A stretch of 64,000 nucleotides of DNA, taken from positions 2,666,001 to 2,730,000 of the forward strand of contig JAUFOQ010000002.1 of the NCBI GenBank assembly GCA_040285855.1, given 5' to 3'. Below are positions 1 to 12,124 of the stretch, in pieces. Position 1 is the stretch's first letter. The number at the start of each line of letters is the position of its first letter. Source of the stretch: Eukaryota sp. GEM-RC1 (lineage: Eukaryota). Below the pieces are notes generated by a model, which worked only from the letters and a program-made list of their open reading frames with translations, was not told the origin of the DNA and did no database searches. The translations under genes were made by a program, and so were the position numbers.

Positions 1-187
1 AATACAATAGCGCGGTTATATCTCATTCTTCAAAAAAACTGAATTATACAATGTATTCCTGGTGAAAAGGCTGGTTCGCAGATATCAACTGTGATCATAT
101 CACAATCACGTCAGCTCAATCACTTCAGACTACTACTACACAACAAAACCTCTCAAAGCAATAAACAATAATAAATATGTACAATAA

Positions 188-1534
188 CTACAATGATCTT
201 TCAATATACTTTGAAACAATACTAGAATAATCCTGCTTGGAAACCTCCAGCTTACTATAAACCTCGAACAGTTCCAGTTCATCCACTTCTCCTATCCTTT
301 TAATAGCTCTCAAAGCAATCTCGAACTCATAGAGTAACTCCTTTCGAATTAAAAACAAAATACTTAGAGCAACCCTATACAAAACAACATCGCCATCGAG
401 AAACCACAAATCCCATATACGTGAAACACATTCTAGTGAGAGACATCGTGAATATACCGTGTTAAACCAATCATGAAGGAAAAGAGAACAGTGCAGATCA
501 ATTGATTTCAGATGACTTGCCTGTCTTGGAAGGAATTGGTGCAATAAATGGTCAAACACGTTGTAAAACACTTCAATTCGCTCCTGATTAAATGTGTAAA
601 AAGAATTTAAAATAGGATTGTTAACAATCAAATTGGAGAAACAAACAAATGCCGGAAGAGTTTCCAAAAACAACAACAGAATAGCACAAATAAAACTCAT
701 CCCCTGTACGTACCCAATGTCCAACCTATACTCAACAAAAGCCTGCAAACAATCATGTAAAGCCTCTTTCCAAGGACCATCTGAAAAGAAAGAAAGAGAG
801 GGAAAAGTTCGAGGGATATCAGTAACAATGAGCTTTTGGCTATGTTCATTGGCAACGAAACTATCCAATGGTTTCTTCTCAGATTTGTCCAATAAGGCCT
901 TGAACAGATCTTCTGTTATTCCGAGTTGATTACCAACGGCTAATGGCCAGATGTGTTTCTTACATGAAGACGGAATTCCCTGTCGCCATAGTTTAAGTAC
1001 TTTTTTAGAGTGAATGATGTCTGGGAGGTTAGGGACAACGTCTTTGTTCCAAATGCCCAGTCTTTTACTTCGATCCTTTTCTTGTTTGATTCGAAGTTGT
1101 TGTTTGCGTTCTTGAAGTTTGGCCTGTTTTTTAAGCGACTGTTGATGTTCTTTCTGAAGTTTGGCAAAATCTTCCAAGTGCTCTGTGGTTTCTTTGGTTG
1201 ACTTTGAAGGATAAGACGTACCGTCAGGTTTCAGGATACTGTCTCTGAGAGAGAAACAGTTAGGAGTGAAGAAAGCGAGGGATTCCGGGGGGAGAGATTC
1301 AGTCAGTTCTGGAGTGTCTTCGAGATTGAGAGAACGTATTTGGAAGAGTTCTGTAGGAGGGCAAAGATCAGATTCCTGCTTCAAACGGTCATGACGACAA
1401 GGCGGAGGAACAGGTGGAAGTTCATTTGAAGAGGACATGTTCGGTTGAGATAAATCAATGTCTTGTCTGTAAGATGGAGGACTTGTAGAAAGATCGTCCA
1501 CAGTAGTAGAAGACGTGGAAAGAAGTATTTCCAC
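188..1534 (-). CDS. TBC-domain Rab GTPase-activating protein (TBC1D12/14-like)
   Basis: 448-aa ORF with TBC motifs GIPSSCKKHIW, IVTDIPRTFP (arginine finger), GYVQGMSFI (glutamine finger) and RIWDLWF, preceded by a coiled-coil-like stretch. The ORF opens at GTG; the first ATG is at 1438, so the start is uncertain. Confidence 0.9.
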   Translation of the reverse strand: MEILLSTSSTTVDDLSTSPPSYRQDIDLSQPNMSSSNELPPVPPPCRHDRLKQESDLCPPTELFQIRSLNLEDTPELTESLPPESLAFFTPNCFSLRDSILKPDGTSYPSKSTKETTEHLEDFAKLQKEHQQSLKKQAKLQERKQQLRIKQEKDRSKRLGIWNKDVVPNLPDIIHSKKVLKLWRQGIPSSCKKHIWPLAVGNQLGITEDLFKALLDKSEKKPLDSFVANEHSQKLIVTDIPRTFPSLSFFSDGPWKEALHDCLQAFVEYRLDIGYVQGMSFICAILLLFLETLPAFVCFSNLIVNNPILNSFYTFNQERIEVFYNVFDHLLHQFLPRQASHLKSIDLHCSLFLHDWFNTVYSRCLSLECVSRIWDLWFLDGDVVLYRVALSILFLIRKELLYEFEIALRAIKRIGEVDELELFEVYSKLEVSKQDYSSIVSKYIERSL

Positions 1535-2025
1535 TAAAAAAAAGATTATGACCTTCCAAATTTGATTTTGATTGATGAAGTGTAGACCAAAAAGTACCCA
1601 AATGGTAGACTACTTTAGTTAACAAATTTGTGGTCAATGTAATTGACCAGTAAAGTAAGGTTAAGAAAGATGATTCTTTATTCGGCATCCAATAAGGAAC
1701 ATAAATTTTCAAGTCAGGATGAAATAAGCTTAGTTTTTGTATCATCATACATACCAAAAAGGAAAACGTAAATGAATTGTGACATGATTCCAAACCAATA
1801 TATTTTGAGATCTCATTTTTTCGTCAATATGTTGCGAATTAAAAGTAAGTAAAATGATTACTGTATGTTTTGAACAATAGGGTTCATCATTAGTGTATTT
1901 TTAGAAAATGGTATAAGACATAACCGGTTCAAAAAATCTAACCAAGTGTATAGACTGAAGTTGCTGAACGAATTCTATGTAACAACACATATATCCAACA
2001 TAAATCTTTACACATCCCAGCATCA

Positions 2026-2859
2026 TCATGTTTGAATTCTGTCATGAAGAAGTCTGGAAAATCCGATTCCAAACATGGGGCTCTTCAGTAACTTACTTAA
2101 TTGGGTTCTTACATCTTCAGTTTGTGTGGGAGCTGTGACAGTGACAATAGGCCTGGTTTCACAGGAACTATCATCCTTCTCAACCGGGGGGACGTTAGAG
2201 GGAGGTGTCACGTGGCTTTTATTGACACGTGGCTTTGGGACCCAAGTGGTGTGTACAGGTAGTGATCTGGGTTCATTGTTAAAGGAAGTGGCGGCTCTGA
2301 TGGGTTGAGCTATTGGAGACTTTGGTGTCTTCTTCTTTTCTGATTGAGTGTGTGAAACTGGGTGTGGTTTAGATTGTGGTTTAGGTTGAGAGACAACTGC
2401 AGGAGCAGGAGTCCTAAGGTCTAAATTGGCATGAGAAGAGTATTGTTCGAAAGTAGATAGCAACGATGTAACGTCGCTTGGTTCCTTGAGATAGAGTAGT
2501 CGAAGATTTCCAGTCACGCTGATATACTGAATACAATGGTCATCTAACTGAACGAAGTCACGGTTAAGATCCAACAGTTCAATTGCTGGATCCCACATGT
2601 TATTCATTCGCTCTCTAATAGTGAAAGCGAATGGATGTGAATCATCAAGACGCCTGTAGAGTAGAAGAACACCAATCTGATTAGAAATACCCTTCTTGTT
2701 GCGCCAACATTGAGAAGTGGGGTCCATTTCAAAATGGAAGACGTTAACTTTTTGGATAATCTCTGCAAGTTTGGGATCTTGACGACGTAAAGAACTTAGG
2801 TTAGTACGTTGAATAAGTTCTGCACTAGCCGGAGATGATGTTCGTGATGATGAAGACAT
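2026..2859 (-). CDS. DCP1: mRNA decapping activator Dcp1 (EVH1 domain plus Pro-rich tail)
   Basis: N-terminal NLSSLRRQDPKLAEI...W...GVLLLYRR...FAFTIRER matches the Dcp1 EVH1 pattern (NLxxLxRxDPxIxxI, GTLFVYxR, FxIxNR); low-complexity C-terminus. Confidence 0.75.
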   Translation of the reverse strand: MSSSSRTSSPASAELIQRTNLSSLRRQDPKLAEIIQKVNVFHFEMDPTSQCWRNKKGISNQIGVLLLYRRLDDSHPFAFTIRERMNNMWDPAIELLDLNRDFVQLDDHCIQYISVTGNLRLLYLKEPSDVTSLLSTFEQYSSHANLDLRTPAPAVVSQPKPQSKPHPVSHTQSEKKKTPKSPIAQPIRAATSFNNEPRSLPVHTTWVPKPRVNKSHVTPPSNVPPVEKDDSSCETRPIVTVTAPTQTEDVRTQLSKLLKSPMFGIGFSRLLHDRIQT

Positions 2860-3624
2860 TTTGGTTGAAAATTAACAAAATTTCGGGAACAACCATTAAC
2901 CCAGTTTTTAGTGTTCTTGGCAATTTGGCCAAGACAGTATTGGCAGAGCGTAATTTTGGGACTATAACTGTTGTGTGGTAAGCAGAAGGATTACATAATC
3001 TCAGAAACTCCAGTATACCCGCATCGAACCCACATCCCCCTGTCAGAAGTGCTGCCAACGTTAATATACATCCAAACAATGACTAAATGAAGCAAACTAA
3101 TTTGTGAAATAAATGCGATTTTAACTTACTGTACTTTGATTTATACATACACGATTAAATATACGAATATGGCACCCTGGATTTGGTGTTGACCTGGATT
3201 AAAGGTCTACCACTAACTCCAAGGTGTACTACACATAGATATCCTCTGATATTGAGTATCTGGAAAGCAATCCGCTTTACTGATCACCCACTTTTTCTCA
3301 TCAATGATACTCCAGCCTACTCCAATTAAATTCGGTACCAGCCTGAGAGAGCTGAATGTGACTCCTTATTACGGGGAAACTAATGTGTCATTTGAGTCTT
3401 TCCTGTCTGAAGATCCAAATTCTGTGCATGTTCCAAGGATAGGTAACCCTTTGTCGAGAATGTTAGAAGAAATTGGAGTTCCAGTCAAAATACTGTCTTT
3501 TAGTCCAGATATCGATGATTTATATTAGTAGCTCTTCATCATTTTAGTTTTTCTGTTTGATTTAATGTCATTTTTTTTATACAATAGGTTTTTACACTAG
3601 ACTTTGTTTCTTGATGGTTGAGTC

Positions 3625-4434
3625 TAGAGTTGCTGATTGACTCGCCTCAGCGTACTCGACTTGTACTCGACTCGAGTCTGAGTCTGAGCGTACTCGAGAT
3701 TTTCCGAGTCGAGTCGAGTACGCTGAGTCTGCACTCAAGACGATGTCCTCATTTTAGTTTTTATTTGTTTTTAACGACATAAATTGAAGATCATAAGGCA
3801 TCGTATAATCTATTAACTATGCAAAAACCTTTTTGAAGAGAGTTGTGGTGGAAGTTAAAACGGTTATATGCCAAGAACAACACACAACAAGAAAATACCA
3901 AATAAGGACAAAAATTAAACTAATGTAGAAGCTACATTGTACATTACATTACCAACTCTTCCACCTTCTAATGATTACATCTCCACCCCAAAATTGTACG
4001 AGCCCTCTTGAGTGTTAGGTGTTGGGCTGCTTATGGCTTTGAGTTACCTTTATGATCTATATGTACTGCAGTTATTTTCAATTTCATTTTCTCCTCTTCA
4101 CAATAACCTTTGGTGTTCATCTATATTCCTTCAGAAGAAATCAGGAAATTTCTACTTTCGTTGTAAACTACTTTGTAGACATAATCGACTTCAAACGTCA
4201 GAAAAGTTCGTAACATATAGGTTGTAAATTCATCTTTGTATTCCAGAGTAAAGTCACATCACTTGGTGTTTCTTTAACAAACATTCTATATTATCTGATC
4301 AGGAAACTGTTGACAAACGATGAGCTAAACAAATTGACATTGAGTCTGCAGACCGAGTACGCTCGACTCGACTCGAGTGCGAATGCGAGCGTACTCACAG
4401 TTTTGTGAGTCGAGTCGAGTCGACGGCCACTCTA
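3625..4434. mobile_element. Non-autonomous hAT-type DNA transposon (810 bp)
   Basis: Exact 8-bp direct repeat GTTGAGTC at 3617-3624 and 4435-4442; imperfect TIRs TAGAGTTGCTG.. and (reverse complement) TAGAGTGGCCG..; dense subterminal GACTC/GAGTC motifs at both ends. Confidence 0.88.
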
Positions 4435-4503
4435 GTTGAGTCCCTTAATCTTCCAGCTAGCAGAAAAGTTGGAGTTTAAAATTTCAATTTGTCCTCTCTC
4501 AAC

Positions 4504-7500
4504 ATGAAGAGTTTACGGGAGATCTTGAAGCGATCCGAAAACATCGACAGAGACTTTCGTTATGTTGCCTTCATGGAGCTGAAAACGCTAGCAGAAGAAT
4601 CTCCTTCAGAAATATCAGATTCATCATCCGATATATCACAAGCACTTCTTCGTGGTTTCTTTGATGACATATCTGATGTTAGAACAATCACTGTACGAAT
4701 TGCCCCAGTTGTTATACCACATCTTTCTGATAATGATGTTAATTCTATCGTTGCCTCGATTTGCACCAAACTGACTGATACAAGTGTCCCAGAATCCAGT
4801 GAAACAGAAAATACCACCATGGATTCAGCTGCCATTGCCATTCGATGTGTCTCATCTATTGTCCGTGAGAAAGATTCACCCTCAATCATACATCCCACCC
4901 TAACAAAACTTATCAAGGTATCCTCTACTTCTGCATCTGTTGAATCTGCTCGTATCGCTTCTATGGAGAGTCTCTCACTGATCCTCCCTGCCATCTCTGA
5001 AGCCACGATCTCCTCTTTCCAAGACATCCCTCTTCTCATCGATACTGTTGTTTCAAACGTCAACCATCCTACAACACTTGTTCGCAAATCCTCCACCAGC
5101 TGCATCGCAGCAATCGCAAAGTTCCTCCCCCTCAAAATACCTCCTTCAGATCATCTCCAATCTTCTTGGTCTTATTCCCAACACCAACTCTCTCCCACAA
5201 GAATCTCAATCACTCTCAATCCTTCGATCTGTCTTCCTTTCCATCACTGAGATCATCTCTGCCACTAACACGGCTTGTGAGCAGTACTTTGACCGCTTGA
5301 TCTCCATGACCCTCTCTCTTGTTTTCACCTCCATTCCTTCTGATCCACTTCAATTCCATCTCTGTGGAGATCGTGAACCTGCTCTTGATGATCTTTCTGA
5401 GTCCTGCCTTGAACTTTTGTCCTGCATTCTAAAGGTTTACACTCCAAGATATCCAACTTGGACTCAAGACAAGGATCAACTGCTAAACTGCTGTGCCGTT
5501 TGGTTCAGCTACGATCCTAACTACCTAGGAGATATCCAAACAACTGAATCATACATGGATGATGACGATCTAGAAGGATTTGAAGGTTTTGAAGACTTTG
5601 CTGGAGAAGACGATGACGAGTATATTGCTGAGTCTGATGTAGAGACTTTTAATAATTCATGGAAAATTAGAAAATCTACGCTTGGACTACTTATTGTTTT
5701 GGTCGGTCATGATTTTGCTACACGTGATTACTGCCACTCTCTTTTCACTGTACTTCTCCCCAGCATTTCTAGGGAAAGTCTCTCTATAGTTAGTGTCGAG
5801 CAGTTGATGTTAGTGAAGGAGCTCGTGAAACAGTTGGCTGGTGAGATTAAAGGGGACGATCTTTCTGTATTGTTTGAGCACGCCTTGTCACGTTTGAGTC
5901 AACGGAAGTCTGTTGACCAAGATTTAGGAGATGCGCTGTTTGATGTGCTGGCAGAAGCATTGACACGTGTTCATCAATCAATTGTGATGGAGTGTCAGGC
6001 TAAGATTGTTGAGGTGGCCAATATTTGCTTGAAAGCGATTGAAGATGGCTCAGATCTAATTTCTGAAACCTTTTTTAAATTTTTCAATTCATTTTTGAGT
6101 TTGTTTGCAAGAAGTGAACAAGTCGATCCCTCAATTGTTCTCAAATTATTTGCACACAAAATCTGTAGCGATGGTGTTATTTCTCCAAAGAATCCTTTAA
6201 TTAAAATCATTGAAACGACAACTTCCTGTTTAATCACGTGTGTCAGTCACTTGTCGCAATCTCCCGAATCATTGGAGGCTCAATCAATCATTTCTGATTG
6301 TACAGTTGCCCTTCTTGAATCCAGTCAAATCGAGCAATCAGCCAAACTCGTTGTTTTAGATTTGGCTTCCCAAATTCTAAAAACTCTTTTGACTTATTTT
6401 ATTCCAAATTTTTCCCTCTCTTTTTCCAGAAAAGTCAGTCCCACACACTTCCCTTCTCTGTCCACACGCTACGTCACCTTGTCATTATCCTTAACTATTT
6501 CCTTCAGACCAGTCCCACTTCCTTACAGTTTTCTTCTGAACTTCTGTCTCAATGCTTACAGTTAGGTCTGACTCACCTCAAAATGGTAGGTTCTTCTCAT
6601 CAATTAGTGGGGCTTGATTTCGTGGTGGTTGTACTCAGAATCTCACCAACTTTGGCTCAAACTGAGATTAAATCAGAATTGATTGATTTAATTGTGGAAA
6701 TTCTATCTTCATCTCAACATAATGCCACTCTATTCAATCTTGCACTACAATTGGCATCATTCTACGTCAACGAATCACGTGTCAGCAATTGCTGTATCAA
6801 TCTGGTGACGTCACCCCAATCTGTGCCCTTCAATCAATCATTTTTGACTGATTTTTTCATTGGTTTTGTAGGAAATATGTCAGACAGTCAGAGTGTCGAA
6901 GCTCTTCTCAATACTTTAATCACTGAGTCCAAAGGAGAAAGTAACTTTGATGTGGGTTTCCATATAGCTAACATTATTCTAACAATTACTAACAAACCCT
7001 ATTCTGAATCTATTTTTAGAAATCTAATCAATCATTGTCAAATGTATGCTACTGATCCCAGGTCATCAATCATTGCGTTGATTGCATTAGGATATGTAGG
7101 TCAGAAGATCGACATTTTCAATGTTGTTATTAATCAGATCAATATTCTGGGTACAGTATTTGATTATTATGCTAAAAATTCAAAGTTACATGAAATCAGA
7201 AGTACATTGTCGTTTGTAATTGGTTCAATTTCCTGTTCCGCAACAGATCGTGCTTTCAAATTTTTCAAAGATTCCCTAAATTCTGAATCCTCCCTGGTTG
7301 CTTCCGCTCACTTCGTCTCCCCTATTATATGTTTTATTAGGTGGACTCTCAGTACTTCTCAACATTCGACCAATCTCAATCGGACCACATTTAGTAGAGA
7401 TTTTCTCTTTGGTGACTAACTCAGTTGGTTTTGTTGATCGTAAAAATGATGAGGCTTACATATCGCTCTTGTCTACCATGTCCGAAATTATTGGCAAAAT

Positions 7501-8404
7501 TTTAACTTTGAACTATTCTGATGTTTGGAGCTCTATTCAATCAACTGTAGAGGCTGATCCTTTTTCCACTTTGTCGATGGTAATTGTAAATGGCTTTTCC
7601 TTCGCACTTTCTCCGACTGAATCACTTAGTGCCAGACAAGAGATTTTAAAAATGAGCGATCGTCTACCAAAGGTGTCTGATGACAAACAACAAAACCTAG
7701 TCCAACTAATATGTTCAATATTGCTAAAGTACTTGAGCATTTATAACAGAGACCTAAAACAATTCAGATCGGTTCTTCAGGGCATTGCTTCTCTGGCTCA
7801 CGTACATCCAGAAGTGTTAGCTTCTACAGCCACAGTAGAAGACCTGGAGTTCTTCAGTAACCAGTTAGAACATCCAAACTTTAAGGAATATAAGGTTGTG
7901 GTTGAAATTGGCCCTTTCCCTGTGACTGTGGATCAACATGCTCCAATTAGAAGACTATGTGCTGATATACTGAGTTGTTTGTACGCGAAGAACTTACTTT
8001 CTACTGAATATTTGAACAGTTTGAGTGTTAAATTGGGTAAATTCTCAATGGCTGACACTTCAGAAGTTGTTGTACCTTCAAGTAAACTGTTCCTAAAACT
8101 ATGCGATGATTCGCGCTGCTTTGATACCATCATGTCTCTTTCAGCTCGTTCCGCAGCCTACAGTGTTTACACTGTTCTTAGTGATAGAACTCTTTCACAA
8201 GGGAGAGATAAGCTTTCTCCAGATGAGCAGTCTTCGTTAAAAGCGCGAATTAAGAGTTGTCTGCATGTTTTGTATCGATTAAATGCAATTCCAGGAGTGA
8301 ATGAGGACAAAAACGTCAAGAATGCTATTAGAATGGTAGAACGGGGGAGTTTCTTGTTCAAAGATGTATTGACTTCGTATCAACAAGATATTAGTCAGAA
8401 GTAA
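4504..8404 (+). CDS. CAND1: CAND1 (cullin-associated NEDD8-dissociated protein 1), split over four ORFs by three 1-bp indels
   Basis: DRDFRYVA (cf. DKDFRFMA), SYDPNY plus acidic loop plus SWKIRKS, and C-terminal VEIGPFPVTVD (cf. VEMGPFKHTVD). Frames join at homopolymer runs near 5130, 6410 and 7320. Confidence 0.9.
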
Positions 8405-9295
8405 CTTTATATGTACTCAATAAATGTTTTGAAGAAAAAAGCACTACAAAGTAGAGAACTTAATTGGATCAAATAAAGGAATGAGTTTATAGGTTTGATC
8501 TCAATAATACTGAACCACCACACCATGTAGTCTGACGTTCCTTGTTCAAACAGTTAAGTACAGTGTACTATTTTACCAATCGAAATTTTACGGTGTGTAA
8601 GTTGGTACAACAAAGGCAGTATTTAGATACGTAATGTGTTTAACTTGACGTAAATACTGGAACAGCACAATGAGCAATGATGAACAAAAAAACTCTTCAA
8701 TTTCAGTGACTTTTATCACTTTTTGAGAATTACTAACGGGAAACCTCTTCGACCAGCAACACTGCAAAAATAACAGCATTCTTTACGATTTTTATCGTAA
8801 TAACAGTACTGTTATAAGGTTGAAGAACATTAGTTCCAATTTGTTGATGTATGAGAAACAAGTACACCACATCGAATTGTTGTAATCATAGATTTAAAAT
8901 ACACGGCCACAAAATATTCCAAAACAGATTACAATACAATTACACAATACAAATACGACAGAGAAACTGTATTAAGTGTATTTTGAGGCAAATGGTTGGA
9001 ACACAAATGAATTGTACATGTACTAGTACCTGTCAATATTCAAATGGGTAATTATATAACAGCAATTTGTATTATTTGCTTTTTTTCAGCTACTCCCAAA
9101 GCAGAAAAATCTTCAGAATTAAAAGGAAAATCAAAATTTGTATTCCAACCTTTTGATGTTTCTCTTTTGGATCGATTAGGCGTGCAGGTGAACAATTTTT
9201 CAAGCATTTTAAAGAACTGTGTAAAGAAAAAAGCGTATGTTTAGAAGATTTGAATGGAAAAACCGTATTGTGTTTTCCATTTATCGAGATGTGGC

Positions 9296-9480
9296 TTTCT
9301 CTTTCTCTCCATTAGTTGAGAAACTTTACAATAAGTCTTTTGTGTGAAGGTTAATGTTTAAAGAAGCAATCTTTTACCAGAGAGGCCTGAAGCCGTTTTT
9401 ATTTAGTCTTAATAGTATTTGTTTCTTTTTACAAAATCATATTTGTTTAGGAAAGTTTCCTTTTGGGTATCGAATTAAGT
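9296..9480. repeat. Dispersed ~185-bp repeat, copy 1
   Basis: Shares blocks TTAGTTGAGAA, TTTAGTCTTA and CCTTTTGGGTA in the same order with 21965-22143 and 25663-25850; partial copy at 23030-23100. Confidence 0.7.
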
Positions 9481-9546
9481 TTGTTAACCGTATGTAACTA
9501 ATGTTGTTTTGATTGTACATGTACTACAGTTCTGTAGTATTATTTA

Positions 9547-10215
9547 CAGGGGCTGTCAAAATTGAATTGGCAATTAATTGATCATCAAAAGTTGTATCAA
9601 TCAATAAATGCAATAATTGCAATTAATTGAAGCGACTTAACCAATTTTTATAAATGTAGTAGAAACTCACCAAAAACTACTAAATTTGAGGAAAGGAGAA
9701 TGTGGCTGACCACATTTTACAGAAACTAATTATGAATCACCTCGTCTTCCACAGACTCCAGTGTTTATCGCAAATACTGCGAAATGCAACTACTGCGAAA
9801 TGCAACTACTAGTCTATCCCAAAGATACATGTTACATTTCAAGAATTTATGCTCTTGCATTTATACGGACTACTCTTTTGAGAGAAGATTATTACAGTCC
9901 GAGCAGTGGGAACTATGTTAAACAGAGATGTTTTCTGACATCGCCTACTGTCAAATCAGGGGTTATAGAAGAAGTCACAGATGCCAAGTGTTGCGTTATG
10001 GAGGTTTGATGATTGTAAAGAAAGGCTGATTTGTCATTCTTGATATTCTGTACAATATTTATTCTGTTTTACAAAAAAAACGAGTCTAGTAATTAGTGTC
10101 CTTGTGGACTCTATTAATTGGCAATTAATTGGCAATTCTGTAAGTGGCACCAATCAATTATTGCAATAATTAATTGGCAATAATTGGAAGTCCAATTCAA
10201 TTTTGACAGCCCCTG
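9547..10215. mobile_element. Non-autonomous hAT-type DNA transposon (669 bp)
   Basis: Perfect 24-bp TIR CAGGGGCTGTCAAAATTGAATTGG; exact 8-bp TSD ATTATTTA at 9539-9546 and 10216-10223; subterminal CAATTAATTG repeats. Confidence 0.95.
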
Positions 10216-10327
10216 ATTATTTAACTGCAATTCACACATTGTTACATCTATGTATGGTACATTTCCGATCACAAACATTTTCAAAAATAGCTAATTTATA
10301 GACTAATTCTATTAATATATTTTGTGT

Positions 10328-11071
10328 TTATTGTTGAGATTCCTCACGTTGTTCACGATGACCACCTCTTGATCCACGGAATCCACCTCTTCCGCGTCCT
10401 CCTCGAGAGGGTCTGGGGGCCTTAAACCAATTGGCAAATTCAGAAGTAACGTCCTTGAATTTTCCTTGACGTTTCTTTTCAGACTCTTCGTCAGATGCTT
10501 CAGATTCCTCGTCGTCCATGTTAGGACTATGGATACATTCACCTAAGTCAACAGCGTGGGCAGTTTTGCCTCGAGGTTGGGCAACAGTAACAGAAGAGTT
10601 CAATTCATTAAAGTAGTCTTCCAATGAGCGTTTTGGAACGGGTTGTTCCTCTTCTAGAGTTAAAGACTCAATAGGAGGAGAAGGGATAGTTTCTGTTTGA
10701 GTTTCAGGAGCTAGGTTTTCTTCGACTAAGTCAGAATCGGTTCCAACATTGAACTTACCAGCGCCACCACGCTTCAGTTCATAAGATCGACCAGTACATG
10801 TGATTAGAATGGAATAGCAACATACCACTTTGACGATCAAATTGACGCTTAGAATCGCGTTTGCCAAATGTCCTGGTTGGGGCAACTTCGTGACGCTTTT
10901 TCTGACCCTTGGCCACAGCTCTGTCGTCCTTGGGAGCAGTAATAGGATCTGCGGCTGCAATGAAAACAACAAGATGAGGAACAAACCAGGATCAGCAAAG
11001 ACCTTAGCGGGGGCAGGGCGCGAGGGTTCTGCTTCCTCGATTGCAAGAAGATCGAAAGGGTTTGTTGACAT
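10328..11071 (-). CDS. Stm1/SERBP1/HABP4-family RNA- and ribosome-binding protein, two introns
   Basis: N-terminal NPFDLL. Removing introns 10986-10955 and 10825-10798 gives KRQFDRQSGTGR...KRGGAGKFNVG, the HABP4 signature; then SLEDY and an RGG tail. Confidence 0.85.
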   Translation of the reverse strand: MSTNPFDLLAIEEAEPSRPAPAKVFADPGLFLILLFSLQPQILLLLPRTTELWPRVRKSVTKLPQPGHLANAILSVNLIVKVVCCYSILITCTGRSYELKRGGAGKFNVGTDSDLVEENLAPETQTETIPSPPIESLTLEEEQPVPKRSLEDYFNELNSSVTVAQPRGKTAHAVDLGECIHSPNMDDEESEASDEESEKKRQGKFKDVTSEFANWFKAPRPSRGGRGRGGFRGSRGGHREQREESQQ

Positions 11072-11192
11072 AAAGTGTGTGAATGAAAGTTTTCAAAGGA
11101 AACCTTAATAAAAAAGTTGATAGATATCTATTTTATTTAACTTGTACCCTGAACCTCTGATTCAAATAGGATACACAGCTGTACAGTATTTA

Positions 11193-11816
11193 TTATGTTG
11201 ATATGTCTTGAAGAATTTGGATCTGATCGATTAATTCCAGTGATGATTGTTTGGGTGGTGATTTAGAAGCCAAAAGAGTTTTTGATTCCAATTCTTCAAC
11301 TAGCGAAGCACATTTTTGAGAAAGATCTCTAAATGACTTTGAGAGGTGAGAAAGATCGGATTTTTGGGGATAACCGGGGTCACAATATGTCACAGTGAGT
11401 GATTTGGCAGGTTGATTCAGAAATCCTTTCAACAATTTGTCCTCAAGGGCTCCAAGAACCGCATCTTCAATCTCTTCATCTGACAAGTTCGGCAAAAACT
11501 GGCGAATTTCAGTATATGTTATGGAATTTTTACCTTTACAAGATCTTACAACCGAGAACCGTTGAAGAAGCTCCATCTGCGAATTGTTTAAAGGAGGGAG
11601 TGCGGGGTCATGTGAAAGATAATCTGATAAGGTACCGAAAGCAAAGATTTGAAACAGTTTACACCAATGGGAACAAAGAGGTGAATCGGCAAAAGACTGA
11701 AACGGTGTACTGTACACAATTGAATAGAAATCTGTAGAAGAAGAACAAAGTGATAGTACACTGTCTAAAGAGTGTACAAGACTCTCTGCAGAGGTTACAT
11801 GTTGAAGATTTATCAT
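11193..11816 (-). CDS. PCI-domain protein, COP9 signalosome subunit 7-like
   Basis: LFQIFAFGTLSDY...LPPL...ITYTEI...EIEDAVLGA...LLKGFLNQ matches the CSN7/eIF3m PCI pattern; first ATG at 11816. Confidence 0.75.
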   Translation of the reverse strand: MINLQHVTSAESLVHSLDSVLSLCSSSTDFYSIVYSTPFQSFADSPLCSHWCKLFQIFAFGTLSDYLSHDPALPPLNNSQMELLQRFSVVRSCKGKNSITYTEIRQFLPNLSDEEIEDAVLGALEDKLLKGFLNQPAKSLTVTYCDPGYPQKSDLSHLSKSFRDLSQKCASLVEELESKTLLASKSPPKQSSLELIDQIQILQDIST

Positions 11817-12124
11817 CAAGAAATGAAAAAGTTTCAGAAAAACAGAAGTTCGACAATTTGAATTGGACACTCGTTATCACTATCGATCCAGAGCTGTCCG
11901 GCCTTATGACATTCAGAATCAGAAACTCTCATATGAAAAATTGTGTAGTTACTAAATACCATTTAGTGATATTGTAGGAATGATTTCCTTGTGTTAATGA
12001 TCTATATTGCCCCCTAGACACATCATCTTGAGGGCAAACTAGTGGAAATTTGTTTGCTCGAATATGTCTCATTCAATAGGTAGTACATTCTTAATAGGAT
12101 CTTTTATGTTTATAAAAGTAATAT

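Noticed and set aside
3304..3528. 74-aa ORF
   Set aside because: No recognisable motif; cannot be supported as a gene.
4560..5135. 191-aa antisense ORF, and similar ones at 17851-18327 and 33317-33805
   Set aside because: They lie opposite recognisable genes and show no motifs of their own.
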